58,598 nt of DNA from positions 1 to 58,598 of IMG/VR virus record IMGVR_UViG_3300035042_000037; one strand, 5' to 3'. This document shows, in pieces, positions 20,106 through 28,684 of the stretch. The translations under genes were made by a program, and so were the position numbers. The notes under the pieces were generated by a model that worked only from the letters and a program-made list of their open reading frames with translations, was not told the DNA's origin and ran no database searches. This DNA is from a virus. Its lineage: Duplodnaviria; Caudoviricetes. Positions within the stretch are counted from its first letter, which is position 1; every line of letters begins with the position of its first letter.

Positions 20106-21356
20106 ATGTGTGTGTATGTAATTAATAAAAATGGGAATCCGTTAATGCCTTGCAAGCCTGCTAAAGCAAAACATTTGCTTAAAGCAGGTAAAGCAAAGGT
20201 AATTAAACGGACCCCATTCACAATCAAACTATTATGGGATTGTGAAGAAAACACACAAGAAGTCGTTGCTGGTATGGATACAGGCAGCAAAACGATTGGT
20301 TGTGCTGCTACTGCAAACGGAAAAGTAGTTTATCAATCAGAAGTTCAAATCCGTCAGGATGTTTCAAAGAAGATGGAACAAAGAAGAATGTATCGTAGAA
20401 TCAGACGAGGCAGAAAAACAAGATACAGAAAAGCTCGTTGGCAGAACAGAGCTTCTATGCGAAAAGAAGGAAGACTTGCACCAAGCATTACATCTAAAGT
20501 TGATTCGCATTTAAGGGAAAAGAAGTTTGTTGAATCTATATTACCTGTGTCCTGCTGGAAAGTTGAGATAGCAAGTTTTGATATCCATAAGATATCCAAT
20601 CCTGATGTTAAAAGATGGGATTACCAGAAAGGCAATCAAAAAGGATTCTATAATGTAAAAGCTTATGTTTTGCATCGTGATGGATATCAATGCCAGAAAT
20701 GCAAAACCAGGAAAGGTAAGTTGCACGTTCATCATGTTGTTTTTAGAAGTAACGGAGGAACGGACACGCCAAGTAATTTAATTACTTTATGTGAAGGTTG
20801 CCATGATAAGTTGCACAACGGAGAGTTTCAAATTAAAGGAAGTAGAAGTAAAACAAAACACGCCACTGAAGTTGGTGCTGTAACATCCCAACTGAAGAAA
20901 CGGTTTGGTGATTTTGAAGAAACATTTGGATATGAGACTAAGTTCAAGAGAGAACAAATCTTACAATTACCCAAGTCTCACCATTTTGACGCTATAGCAA
21001 TATGTTGTGAAGAAGGTGAGATTGTTGAGTTATCTGATAACATCTATTTCAAAAAACACGTATCTAACGGTGATTATCAACAAACGAAAGGCAGTCGTTC
21101 CGAGAAAAGAATACCAACAGGCAAACTGTTTGGGTTGAGAAAGTTTGATTATATCCAAACACCGAAAGTTACTGGCTTTATCAAGGGCAAAAGAAGTACA
21201 GGATTTTTTGCCATATCTGATTTAGAAGGTAAGGTAATCAACCCGTCAGTAAATGTAAAGAAAAACTGTACGAGGTTAACTGCAAGAACAACAACTTTAA
21301 TTGAAAGGAGGGACACATTCCTCCACGGGGCTTGCCCCGTGGTTTCCTGTGCCTAA
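20106..21356 (+). CDS. iscB: RNA-guided endonuclease IscB
   Basis: PLMP motif, RuvC-I GMDTGSK, Arg-rich bridge helix, HNH (HVHH...GG....NLITLC..CH..LH), RuvC-III KSHHFDAIAI. Confidence 0.95.
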   Translation: MCVYVINKNGNPLMPCKPAKAKHLLKAGKAKVIKRTPFTIKLLWDCEENTQEVVAGMDTGSKTIGCAATANGKVVYQSEVQIRQDVSKKMEQRRMYRRIRRGRKTRYRKARWQNRASMRKEGRLAPSITSKVDSHLREKKFVESILPVSCWKVEIASFDIHKISNPDVKRWDYQKGNQKGFYNVKAYVLHRDGYQCQKCKTRKGKLHVHHVVFRSNGGTDTPSNLITLCEGCHDKLHNGEFQIKGSRSKTKHATEVGAVTSQLKKRFGDFEETFGYETKFKREQILQLPKSHHFDAIAICCEEGEIVELSDNIYFKKHVSNGDYQQTKGSRSEKRIPTGKLFGLRKFDYIQTPKVTGFIKGKRSTGFFAISDLEGKVINPSVNVKKNCTRLTARTTTLIERRDTFLHGACPVVSCA

Positions 21357-21361
21357 TTTTT

Positions 21362-22015
21362 ATGACTAAAGAAATTAAATCAATTAAAACATATAAACAA
21401 ATACTTGAATCACCTATTATTAGAGGTAAATTTACTAGTGGTTTTGAATCTCATGAAGATGACTGGAAACAATTAAAAGATACTAAATATATAAAATTAG
21501 TTAGAGATAAATTAGGTGCTAGAGCTAAATATAAAGTATATAAGACTGATAATCAATATTTTCTAGTATCTAATAACGAAGAATATTTAGGTTATATCGA
21601 ATATGAAAAAATAGATAATAAAAAGATACAAATAATCTCTAGTAGTTCTGAAATTAAAGGTGGTTTTTATAATATTATGTTTATGGTAATTTTATCAGAT
21701 AATATTGAACAAATTATTTCAGATAACAAAATAAGTAAAAACGCTCTTAATTCATATAAAAATCTAAACAATTTCTCTATTAAATTATTATGGAGAGATG
21801 AATATTTTAACATAGACAATGAAGAAATTTTAAATAAAAAAGATAGTAGAATTTCTATTAAAGAAGATTTTGGAGCAGAAAATTTATTTATAGAATATTA
21901 TTCAAGATTAGATAAATGGATAGAACAAGGAGAATTTAGATCATCTTGGAACAGGCAATATTTTAACAATGATACTAATTTAGATTTATTAGTATTTGGA
22001 CAAATAATAGAATAA
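21362..22015 (+). CDS. Hypothetical protein, possible head-internal protein
   Basis: True start is probably the ATG at 21362 (217 aa); N-terminal KTYKQILE resembles the T4 capsid-targeting sequence. Confidence 0.6.
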   Translation: MTKEIKSIKTYKQILESPIIRGKFTSGFESHEDDWKQLKDTKYIKLVRDKLGARAKYKVYKTDNQYFLVSNNEEYLGYIEYEKIDNKKIQIISSSSEIKGGFYNIMFMVILSDNIEQIISDNKISKNALNSYKNLNNFSIKLLWRDEYFNIDNEEILNKKDSRISIKEDFGAENLFIEYYSRLDKWIEQGEFRSSWNRQYFNNDTNLDLLVFGQIIE

Positions 22016-22037
22016 TGATAATATAAGGAGTAACAAT

Positions 22038-22535
22038 ATGTCAACAGTAAATGATTTTATTAGTAACTTTACTTCAGGAGCTAGATCAAACCTGTATAAA
22101 GTAATTATTGATGGTATAGACCAGAAATTAGAATTTGTTTGTAAAGCAGCTCAAATTCCTGGGAAAACTATCAATCCAATCGAAATGAATTATCTAAATA
22201 ACCAAATTAAAATTGCAGGTGATACTACATTTGAAGATTGGTCTATTACAGTAGTTAATGATGAAGATTTTGGTATCAGACAACAGTTAGATGAATGGCA
22301 AGAAAATATCAAAAATAATGCTGCTGCTGTAGGACAAGGTAATCTTTCTGATTATTTTAGAACTGCAACTGTAATTCAACTAAACAGAGATGGTTCAGAA
22401 AATGCTAACGGTAAATATAAATTTCAAGCATTATGGCCCACGAGTGTAGAGCCCATAGATCTAGGGTTCGATAACAGGGACAATGTTGAAGAGTATGGAG
22501 TCACATTTTCCTATGCTTATTGGGAAAAAGAATAG
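22038..22535 (+). CDS. Tail tube protein gp19
   Basis: GARSNL, CKAAQIPG, IKIAGD.TFEDW.ITV.NDEDF.IR and VEEY.VTF.Y.YW motifs. Confidence 0.95.
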   Translation: MSTVNDFISNFTSGARSNLYKVIIDGIDQKLEFVCKAAQIPGKTINPIEMNYLNNQIKIAGDTTFEDWSITVVNDEDFGIRQQLDEWQENIKNNAAAVGQGNLSDYFRTATVIQLNRDGSENANGKYKFQALWPTSVEPIDLGFDNRDNVEEYGVTFSYAYWEKE

Positions 22536-22542
22536 ATTATCT

Positions 22543-22568
22543 GAGGGAGATTAATTTCTCCCTCTTTT
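22543..22568 (+). terminator. Intrinsic terminator after gp19
   Basis: GAGGGAGA / TCTCCCTC hairpin followed by TTTT. Confidence 0.75.
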
Positions 22569-22591
22569 AAAATAAATTTATAGGATCATAT

Positions 22592-23308
22592 ATGTATTGG
22601 TATAACGAAACAACAAAAAATTATATTATTGCTATTTCAAAATTATTTTCTGATATTCATGTTAAACGAGTTAACGATTCTGATGTAGAAATTAAAGATA
22701 TTAAAGTACCTTTAGTATATGCTTCTAAAAGGAAAATTAACTATAAACTAAACAGAAATCCAAATACAGAAAGTGCTTCTTTAGTATTACCTGTAATAGG
22801 TTTTAATTTAGAAAATATTAATTATAACAGTAACAGAAAACTAAACAGTATAAACAAAATACCAACTTCAAGTTCTCAATATGTATTTGAAGGAGTTCCT
22901 TATGATTATACATTTGATATAACTATTAAAACTAAATATCAAGATGATATGTTTCAAATAGTAGAACAATTACTTTATCAATTTAAACCTGAAGTAAATT
23001 TAAATATAAAAGAAATACCTTCTTTAAATATTTCTAGAGATTGCAAAATTAAATTAAACGACGTAAACTTAAACTTTGAAACGGAATTAACTCAAGCAGA
23101 AGACTCTATTAGAGAATTAGAAGCAAGTTTAAATATAACTTTAGAGGGGTTTGTTTATCCGATGATTAAAGATAGTGTATTTATATATGAAGTGATTAAT
23201 GATATTAAAGAATATGAATACTTAGGTCAAGAAGAACAAGAAATATTAACTAGAATAACACATACATGGCAAGATCCTGATATTATAACAGTGATCAATA
23301 ATCCATAA
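22592..23308 (+). CDS. Tail sheath stabiliser/terminator gp15
   Basis: Y.Y.ET...YI....LF.DI.V.R, IKVPL.YA.K and QIVEQ.L..F.P motifs. Confidence 0.88.
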   Translation: MYWYNETTKNYIIAISKLFSDIHVKRVNDSDVEIKDIKVPLVYASKRKINYKLNRNPNTESASLVLPVIGFNLENINYNSNRKLNSINKIPTSSSQYVFEGVPYDYTFDITIKTKYQDDMFQIVEQLLYQFKPEVNLNIKEIPSLNISRDCKIKLNDVNLNFETELTQAEDSIRELEASLNITLEGFVYPMIKDSVFIYEVINDIKEYEYLGQEEQEILTRITHTWQDPDIITVINNP

Positions 23309-23323
23309 ACTCCGGAGGTCGAT

Positions 23324-23755
23324 ATGAAAGATATTAATCAAGTTTTCGGAGAAGGTGAAGAAGTAACAGAGGTAACAGAAGTAGAATTAGATAAAGTAGA
23401 AGTAAATTCAAAAGGTACAAAAGATGACGTACAAGATGATTATAGAACAGCAAGAGAAAAAATAATGCAATCAATCATAAGATCATCTGAAGTATTAGAT
23501 ACCGCAACTACAGAAGCTAAAACTGCTCCTAGTCCAAGATCAATAGAAGTTTGTGCTGGTATGGCAAAAGCTCTAAATGAAAGTACTAAATCTTTAATGG
23601 ATTTACATAAAGAAATAAGAGGTTTAGAACAAGAAAAAGAAGAAGATAAACAAACTTCTGACAAAACAAATGGTAACATTAAAACTTCACTTACTTCGTT
23701 ATTAGAAGAAATAGAAAATTCTAAATCAACAGAAAAAGAAAGAACATTACAATAA
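23324..23755 (+). CDS. Terminase small subunit gp16
   Basis: DY..AR, SPRSIEV...M.K.L....K.LMDLHKE motifs. Confidence 0.85.
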   Translation: MKDINQVFGEGEEVTEVTEVELDKVEVNSKGTKDDVQDDYRTAREKIMQSIIRSSEVLDTATTEAKTAPSPRSIEVCAGMAKALNESTKSLMDLHKEIRGLEQEKEEDKQTSDKTNGNIKTSLTSLLEEIENSKSTEKERTLQ

Positions 23756-23759
23756 AATT

Positions 23760-23794
23760 GAAAGAGGGTATGATTAAATTTCATACCCTCTTTC
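23760..23794. terminator. Bidirectional terminator at the convergence of the late and early blocks
   Basis: GAAAGAGGGTATGA / TCATACCCTCTTTC 14-bp inverted repeat between convergent genes. Confidence 0.8.
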
Positions 23795-23797
23795 ATC

Positions 23798-23992
23798 CTA
23801 CCAAAGTTTGATCATATACCAACCTTGATCTGTTTCGATATAAGCATTATTAGTATCCTTTTTAGTAACTACAAGATAATCCAGAACTTGAGTGATTCTC
23901 CATTCTCCTTTAGTAATTTTAGGGAGTTTAGAATCTGTAACTTTTTTACCTTTAAAAATCATGTTTTCGATTGCATTCAGTTTAATTTTCAT
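23798..23992 (-). CDS. Small early hypothetical protein
   Basis: AAGGAGATTTAAG-ATG leader places the start at 23992 (64 aa). Confidence 0.65.
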   Translation of the reverse strand: MKIKLNAIENMIFKGKKVTDSKLPKITKGEWRITQVLDYLVVTKKDTNNAYIETDQGWYMIKLW

Positions 23993-24066
23993 CTTAAATC
24001 TCCTTTTGAAAATAATTTCGATCAACTTGAGTACATAATAACATGTTTAAAGTCAGAAGTAAACAA
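23990..24066 (-). repeat. Promoter-RBS cassette, copy 1
   Basis: Identical to 24726-24801 except for one T. Contains TTTACT-17-TATTAT, AGGAG and ATG. Confidence 0.9.
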
Positions 24067-24355
24067 TAAAAGACTTATAGAACTTTTTATATTCTTCTTC
24101 TGAATAAGTATCACATCCAAAACTGATAAATCCGTCTTCGTTTATTGGGTTAATTCCCAAAAATATTTTTCCATCTCTCTTTTCTTTAGTAACTTCAACC
24201 AATCCCTTTTTAGTAAGACTGCCTATAACCCCTTTAATAGAGTTAATTTTAATTCCAGTTGATTCATGAATATCAATTAAATCTGCCTCACATTCATGGT
24301 AACAAGTATCAAGAATTGCATTATAAACCACTTTTTCTAATTCTGTAATTTTCAT
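24053..24355 (-). CDS. Small winged-helix-like early protein
   Basis: ITELEK.VY..I...L.DI.E.TGI.INSIKGVIGSL.KKGLV pattern; same leader as neighbours. Confidence 0.6.
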   Translation of the reverse strand: MKITELEKVVYNAILDTCYHECEADLIDIHESTGIKINSIKGVIGSLTKKGLVEVTKEKRDGKIFLGINPINEDGFISFGCDTYSEEEYKKFYKSFIVYF

Positions 24356-24428
24356 CTTAAATCTCCTTTTGAAAGTTGTTCTCTCAATGTAATTATATAG
24401 TATCAAATTATATTTCAGAAGTAAACAA
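24353..24428 (-). promoter_or_regulatory. Promoter-RBS cassette, diverged copy 2
   Basis: TTGTTTACTTCTGA, TTTACT-17-TACTAT and the same TTTCAAAAGGAGATTTAAGATG leader. Confidence 0.8.
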
Positions 24429-24441
24429 TAAAATGAAGAAT

Positions 24442-24728
24442 TTAAAACATTTTTGAAAAATGTATTTGATTGGAGCTTAATCCTAATTTAGTTCCCATAA
24501 GATGAGCTAAAACTTTACAATGTTTTGTATCTGAGCAAGTTCTGAATAAACTTAAAAAAGTAACTTTACCTCGTTTCCCTAGAGTTACATGTGCGCTTTC
24601 ATTCAAAAAGATATGATCTTTGCCATTATCAAATTTTACAAACGCAATATTTAAATCAGTTTCATTCACTTCTACATTGTAGAAATTCTCTTTTATTTTT
24701 GTATTATTTTTTCTTGTGATTTAGTCAT
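24442..24728 (-). pseudogene. Small early ORF with an apparent 1-nt deletion in an A run
   Basis: ATG at 24728 gives MTKSQEKIIQK*. One extra A at 24696-24700 joins it to the 24442-24669 frame. Confidence 0.5.
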
Positions 24729-24801
24729 CTTAAATCTCCTTTGAAAATAATTTCGATCAACTTGAGTACATAATAACATGTTTAAAGTCAGAAGTAAACA
24801 A
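24726..24801 (-). repeat. Promoter-RBS cassette, copy 3
   Basis: Near-identical to 23990-24066. Confidence 0.9.
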
Positions 24802-25015
24802 AAAACAACAGGACTTTATCATTTTTACCTCAAAATTTTCAATTTATCCCTAAGTTATTGATATCATTAAACAAAATGAAATTATAAAATATTTTTCGTA
24901 GATTTATAAGTTATTGATATTATTACACTATTTTCATTTTTAAAATAAAATGCATTTTAAATTGCAAAAATAATATAATCATACATCTAAGATAAATAAA
25001 AATGCATTTAAATTA

Positions 25016-25048
25016 AAAAAGGGAATCCCGTAATAAGGATTCCCTTTT
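25016..25048 (-). terminator. Terminator after gp32
   Basis: AAAAGGGAATCC / GGATTCCCTTTT hairpin with A/T tails. Confidence 0.8.
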
Positions 25049-25078
25049 GATATTAATAACTTAGAGTTATTTTAGAAT

Positions 25079-25951
25079 TTAATCTTCATCGTCTGAAAGT
25101 AAAGAATCAAAATCAATTTCATCTCCTTCTTCGTTATCTTCTAGGACATCATCCTCATGAAATTCAAATTTCTTAGGTGTTTCCTTATCTGCATTTTCTG
25201 AAGATTTACCTTCATCAGAAGCAGATTGTTTTTGAACAGGTGCTGTATAATTTACAACATTCGAAAACTTTTTAAGAATTTCATCATAAGATTTAAATTT
25301 CTCAGGATCAACAAATTCATCTAAATCAACTAATGAATCAAAAATTTCTTCTTGATTTTCTAGAGCTGAAGTTTTAGAAAGAAATTTAGATTTATCGTAA
25401 TTATTAAATCCTGCTTTTTGAACAATTTTTAATTTGAAATTAGCTCCTTCGTCAAAATCAAAAACATTAATTGGTTCTTCATCCTCATCTTCAGGTTGTA
25501 CTACTTCCATAATTTTATCATATACAATTTTACCAAACTGAAATAGAAATGTTTTTCCATTATTTTCAGGATTTCCTTCATCATCAATTACTAGAATATT
25601 AGCGATGTATTGTTTATTTCTCCAATATTTACGAGCTGTTTCTTCATCGGTAGCCCATAGAGTAGATGATTGTTCACAAACAGGACATTTTTCTCCAATA
25701 GTTACAGGACATTCTTCAATAAACCAACGACCTTCTTCTTGAAACCCATGTTTATAAGTTAGAAGTACTGGAGATTTTGATGGATCTTGTTGTGGGAGAA
25801 AACGAATTGTTGCATTAGCATTTCCGCTAGCATCTTTTGTAAACCTCCAAAAACGCTCATCTTGATAAGATTTGTTTGGCTTTTTAGCCATATTTTTTAC
25901 TGCATCTGATAATTCTGCTTGTTTCTTTTTAAATTCTGCGAATGAACTCAT
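25079..25951 (-). CDS. Single-stranded DNA-binding protein gp32
   Basis: DERFW, A.IRFLP, W.IE.C..TIG..CPVC, FDFDEGANFKLKI, NYDKSKF and an acidic tail. Start probably MSSFAEFKK. Confidence 0.95.
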   Translation of the reverse strand: MSSFAEFKKKQAELSDAVKNMAKKPNKSYQDERFWRFTKDASGNANATIRFLPQQDPSKSPVLLTYKHGFQEEGRWFIEECPVTIGEKCPVCEQSSTLWATDEETARKYWRNKQYIANILVIDDEGNPENNGKTFLFQFGKIVYDKIMEVVQPEDEDEEPINVFDFDEGANFKLKIVQKAGFNNYDKSKFLSKTSALENQEEIFDSLVDLDEFVDPEKFKSYDEILKKFSNVVNYTAPVQKQSASDEGKSSENADKETPKKFEFHEDDVLEDNEEGDEIDFDSLLSDDED

Positions 25952-26026
25952 AATAATTACCCTTCGTTTAGTTAAATTCGGATTTCGTGGTTTCAATTAA
26001 TTCGATTTTTAAGATTAACTATAAAC

Positions 26027-26650
26027 TTAATGATAAATTGAAATTTCATGTTTTATAATATCTTTCCAATCATAATCTTTAATAAATTCTTCTATCAATA
26101 TCTCATACATTTTCAAGTCATTCAACAATCCATAATAATACTCCTTCTCTAATGGGTTAATAATATTTCCTTTATTTAATAATTCTATATTAAACAATTT
26201 ATTCATAATTGTAAGAAAATTTATCGAAACTTTTCCATTTTTAAAATCTTTAAATAAAGGAGGAATTGTTCCCTCCTTAACTAATAAATCTCTTAATGAA
26301 TTATCTGTAATATAATATTTCAAATCATTTGCAAAGTTAGTCTTAACGTTTTTCAAATACCTAATATTATCTAAAAACAAATTATAATTATCTTTTAATA
26401 TATCATTAACGTGAAAATAATTATTATGAACTTGATAAGTCCCATATAATAACTTCAATATTTTTTGGTTATTATATCTAGTTTGTATTTTTTGAAATAA
26501 TATCCCATCTTTTTCTTTTCTTTTATTATTCCAACCGTTTAAATATCTTCTATTAGATTTAACATTAAGTATATTGTATCCTTTAAAATGCTGATATTTA
26601 ATCGCTAAATATATCCAATAAGCTTTATAACCAGATACTTGATTCATCAT
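26027..26650 (-). CDS. Helicase loader gp59-like
   Basis: AY.IYLAIK..HF..Y N-terminal motif; adjacent to gp32 as in T4. Confidence 0.7.
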   Translation of the reverse strand: MMNQVSGYKAYWIYLAIKYQHFKGYNILNVKSNRRYLNGWNNKRKEKDGILFQKIQTRYNNQKILKLLYGTYQVHNNYFHVNDILKDNYNLFLDNIRYLKNVKTNFANDLKYYITDNSLRDLLVKEGTIPPLFKDFKNGKVSINFLTIMNKLFNIELLNKGNIINPLEKEYYYGLLNDLKMYEILIEEFIKDYDWKDIIKHEISIYH

Positions 26651-26658
26651 TAATACTC

Positions 26659-26931
26659 CTAAAATAAAGAATCAATATCATTGCTATCTTCTGGTTTTTT
26701 TACTAATCCCATTTCTTGACAATGAGCCATTAAATCTTGCTTTAATGTTTTCTCTTGTTTGAATATTTCTATAAAATCTTCATCATCAATATTATAATGA
26801 TCTTTAATAGCTAACACTGCTTCATATATATCAAATTCATCGTATATCATTGCTCTATATACTAATTCTATAAATTTTTTATTTGACATTTTTTTGGTTT
26901 TAACTTTTTCATCTTCCATTTTATTTCTCAC
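26659..26931 (-). CDS. Late transcription coactivator gp33-like
   Basis: Size, YEAVL....YNID and LK....E.GLVK pattern, and 33-59-32 synteny. Confidence 0.6.
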   Translation of the reverse strand: MRNKMEDEKVKTKKMSNKKFIELVYRAMIYDEFDIYEAVLAIKDHYNIDDEDFIEIFKQEKTLKQDLMAHCQEMGLVKKPEDSNDIDSLF

Positions 26932-26964
26932 TTTCTCATAATTATTTATGAATTTAGCTTAATT

Positions 26965-27843
26965 TTAATTATAAAATTCTTTCATAAAATTGTAAAATAA
27001 TTCAACAAATTCCATAAATTCTTCATCATTATTTACTTTAGCCCCACCTGCGTTTTTATGGCCGCCTCCAGCAAAACCTTTATCTTTCATTAATTTATAA
27101 AATTCACTCATATCATTTTTAGATCTTATACTAAGTTTATAATCCTTCTGTAATATCACAAAATTATCAAAGTCTTTATAATATAACGATATATCTGAAA
27201 TATATGAATCCGCTATTACTACCTTTAAAATACCTTCTATATCATATGTCTCAAATTTTGATATAGTATCTTCCTTTTGTTCTTGAATTTCTTCAGCTCT
27301 TTTTCTTTTTTCATTATTATGATCTTCAAAATCTCCTATACCATTTTTAAATTCATCATAAAACTCCATCAATGGTCCGTCATATAAAATATTATTTAAT
27401 AATAATGATTCTTTGTATTTATGTTCCCACAAATCATAATCATTAATATATTTTACAAGAGTTTTCATTCCTTTATTAAAATGAATTCCTTTTTTATTAA
27501 GATAATATAGAGTTAATAAAGTACCTGATGCTTTATTATTAATAATAGACTTAAAAGGTGCTGTTACATCATATGAGGTTAAATGGTGATCTATCCATAT
27601 TACTTTATCAAATAATTTATCAGCTAAATCAATTTCATTTTGTGTTAAACTAAGATCAGTTATAATTAATTCATTACATCCTTTACTTCTAAGTTTATTT
27701 AGATTTTTAATTATTTCATGATTCTTAGAAAAAATAAAATCATGAATCTTTAAACATCTCTTCAATAGAATATAACAACCCATTCCATCTAAATCATTAT
27801 GAGTTAATATTCCTAATCTTTTTTCATCTTTCATAATAAACAC
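26965..27843 (-). CDS. DHH/DHHA1 phosphoesterase
   Basis: THNDLDG, ITDLS, IDHH, DYDLW and GGGHKNAGG motifs. Confidence 0.9.
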   Translation of the reverse strand: MFIMKDEKRLGILTHNDLDGMGCYILLKRCLKIHDFIFSKNHEIIKNLNKLRSKGCNELIITDLSLTQNEIDLADKLFDKVIWIDHHLTSYDVTAPFKSIINNKASGTLLTLYYLNKKGIHFNKGMKTLVKYINDYDLWEHKYKESLLLNNILYDGPLMEFYDEFKNGIGDFEDHNNEKRKRAEEIQEQKEDTISKFETYDIEGILKVVIADSYISDISLYYKDFDNFVILQKDYKLSIRSKNDMSEFYKLMKDKGFAGGGHKNAGGAKVNNDEEFMEFVELFYNFMKEFYN

Positions 27844-27860
27844 CTATTACTTATTTTAAT

Positions 27861-28268
27861 TTATTTTTTAAATCCAATTGAATATTTGTGCTTAATTTCC
27901 CAATCAGACTTTTGTTTATAAGGTAATACAAATACAAAAGTATCTTCTACTTCATCGTATCTTTCAGGATCTATAATAGTAATTAAACCCCAATCTTCTA
28001 GTAATCGAGCAATACTAACTGCTCTTTTAAAATCTTCTTCTGAAAAATTTGTTTTCTTTCCATCAAGAGCTAATAGTTGTTTAAAATGTGAAATAGTATA
28101 AGCACCACGTTTATGTAGTAAATAACAACTAGGATTTAGAATTTTCTTTTCTTTATTCGCAATCCCAATACGATCTAAAGTTTCTCTAATAACAGAGAAA
28201 TGTTCTACAAGCTCAACTTCAATACCATATTCTTTCATTAAATTTTCAAGTTCATCATTCTCATACAT
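27861..28268 (-). CDS. regA: Translational repressor RegA
   Basis: F..IRETL.RIGIA, SC.LLHKRG.Y.I.HFK.LL.LDGK and LL.DWGL motifs. Confidence 0.93.
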   Translation of the reverse strand: MYENDELENLMKEYGIEVELVEHFSVIRETLDRIGIANKEKKILNPSCYLLHKRGAYTISHFKQLLALDGKKTNFSEEDFKRAVSIARLLEDWGLITIIDPERYDEVEDTFVFVLPYKQKSDWEIKHKYSIGFKK

Positions 28269-28273
28269 TGTAA

Positions 28274-28684
28274 TTATCCTTTTATCTTCTTTTCCTCATA
28301 TAAGGAATTGATTTCTTTAATTTGATTATTAGTTAAAATTTCTAGATATTCCAAACCTACTTCTTCTCTAACATTATAATATTTACATATATTACCTAGT
28401 GATTTTTCTTTCTTTCCACCCTTTATATATTTGAAATATCTTTTCTTTTTATTTATTCCTTCATAAAGAAACTCATATTGTAACTGATTAGGTAAAGATG
28501 ACATTTTAGATACTTCATGTGCAAAAAATATTGTATCGTCTCCCATAGATAAAAATCTAGCAATCATAAAAGGATTATAATTCTCTAAATCATCTTTACT
28601 ATAATGTTTTTGTTTGTTAGATATAGAATTTAATATATCAAATAATTCAGGTTTATCAGAATTTTTATTCATTGAAATCACCAT
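28274..28684 (-). CDS. Clamp loader small subunit gp62
   Basis: LFDILNSI, YNPFMI.R.LS, QYEFL...I.KKKRY and YY....A.EYL.IL motifs. Confidence 0.88.
   Translation of the reverse strand: MVISMNKNSDKPELFDILNSISNKQKHYSKDDLENYNPFMIARFLSMGDDTIFFAHEVSKMSSLPNQLQYEFLYEGINKKKRYFKYIKGGKKEKSLGNICKYYNVREEVGLEYLEILTNNQIKEINSLYEEKKIKG

Larger units (their letters stand above)
19823..21361 (+). mobile_element. Non-autonomous IS200/IS605-family element carrying iscB
   Basis: Subterminal hairpins at 19831-50 and 21323-42; GC higher than flanks; no tnpA; the empty site rebuilds GGAGG-7nt-ATG. Confidence 0.85.

Noticed and set aside
19897-20121. 74 aa ORF upstream of iscB
   Set aside because: Lies within the omegaRNA scaffold; the hairpins explain the region better.
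21332-21361. TTG-started N-terminal extension MPRGFLCLIF
   Set aside because: Falls in the IS right-end hairpin; the original start is the ATG at 21362. Rescue of translation from an IS-internal site is not excluded.
23990-24801. Repeats as a CRISPR array or attachment sites
   Set aside because: Units are ~76 bp, contain promoter, RBS and ATG, and are separated by whole genes; no cas or integrase gene is present.
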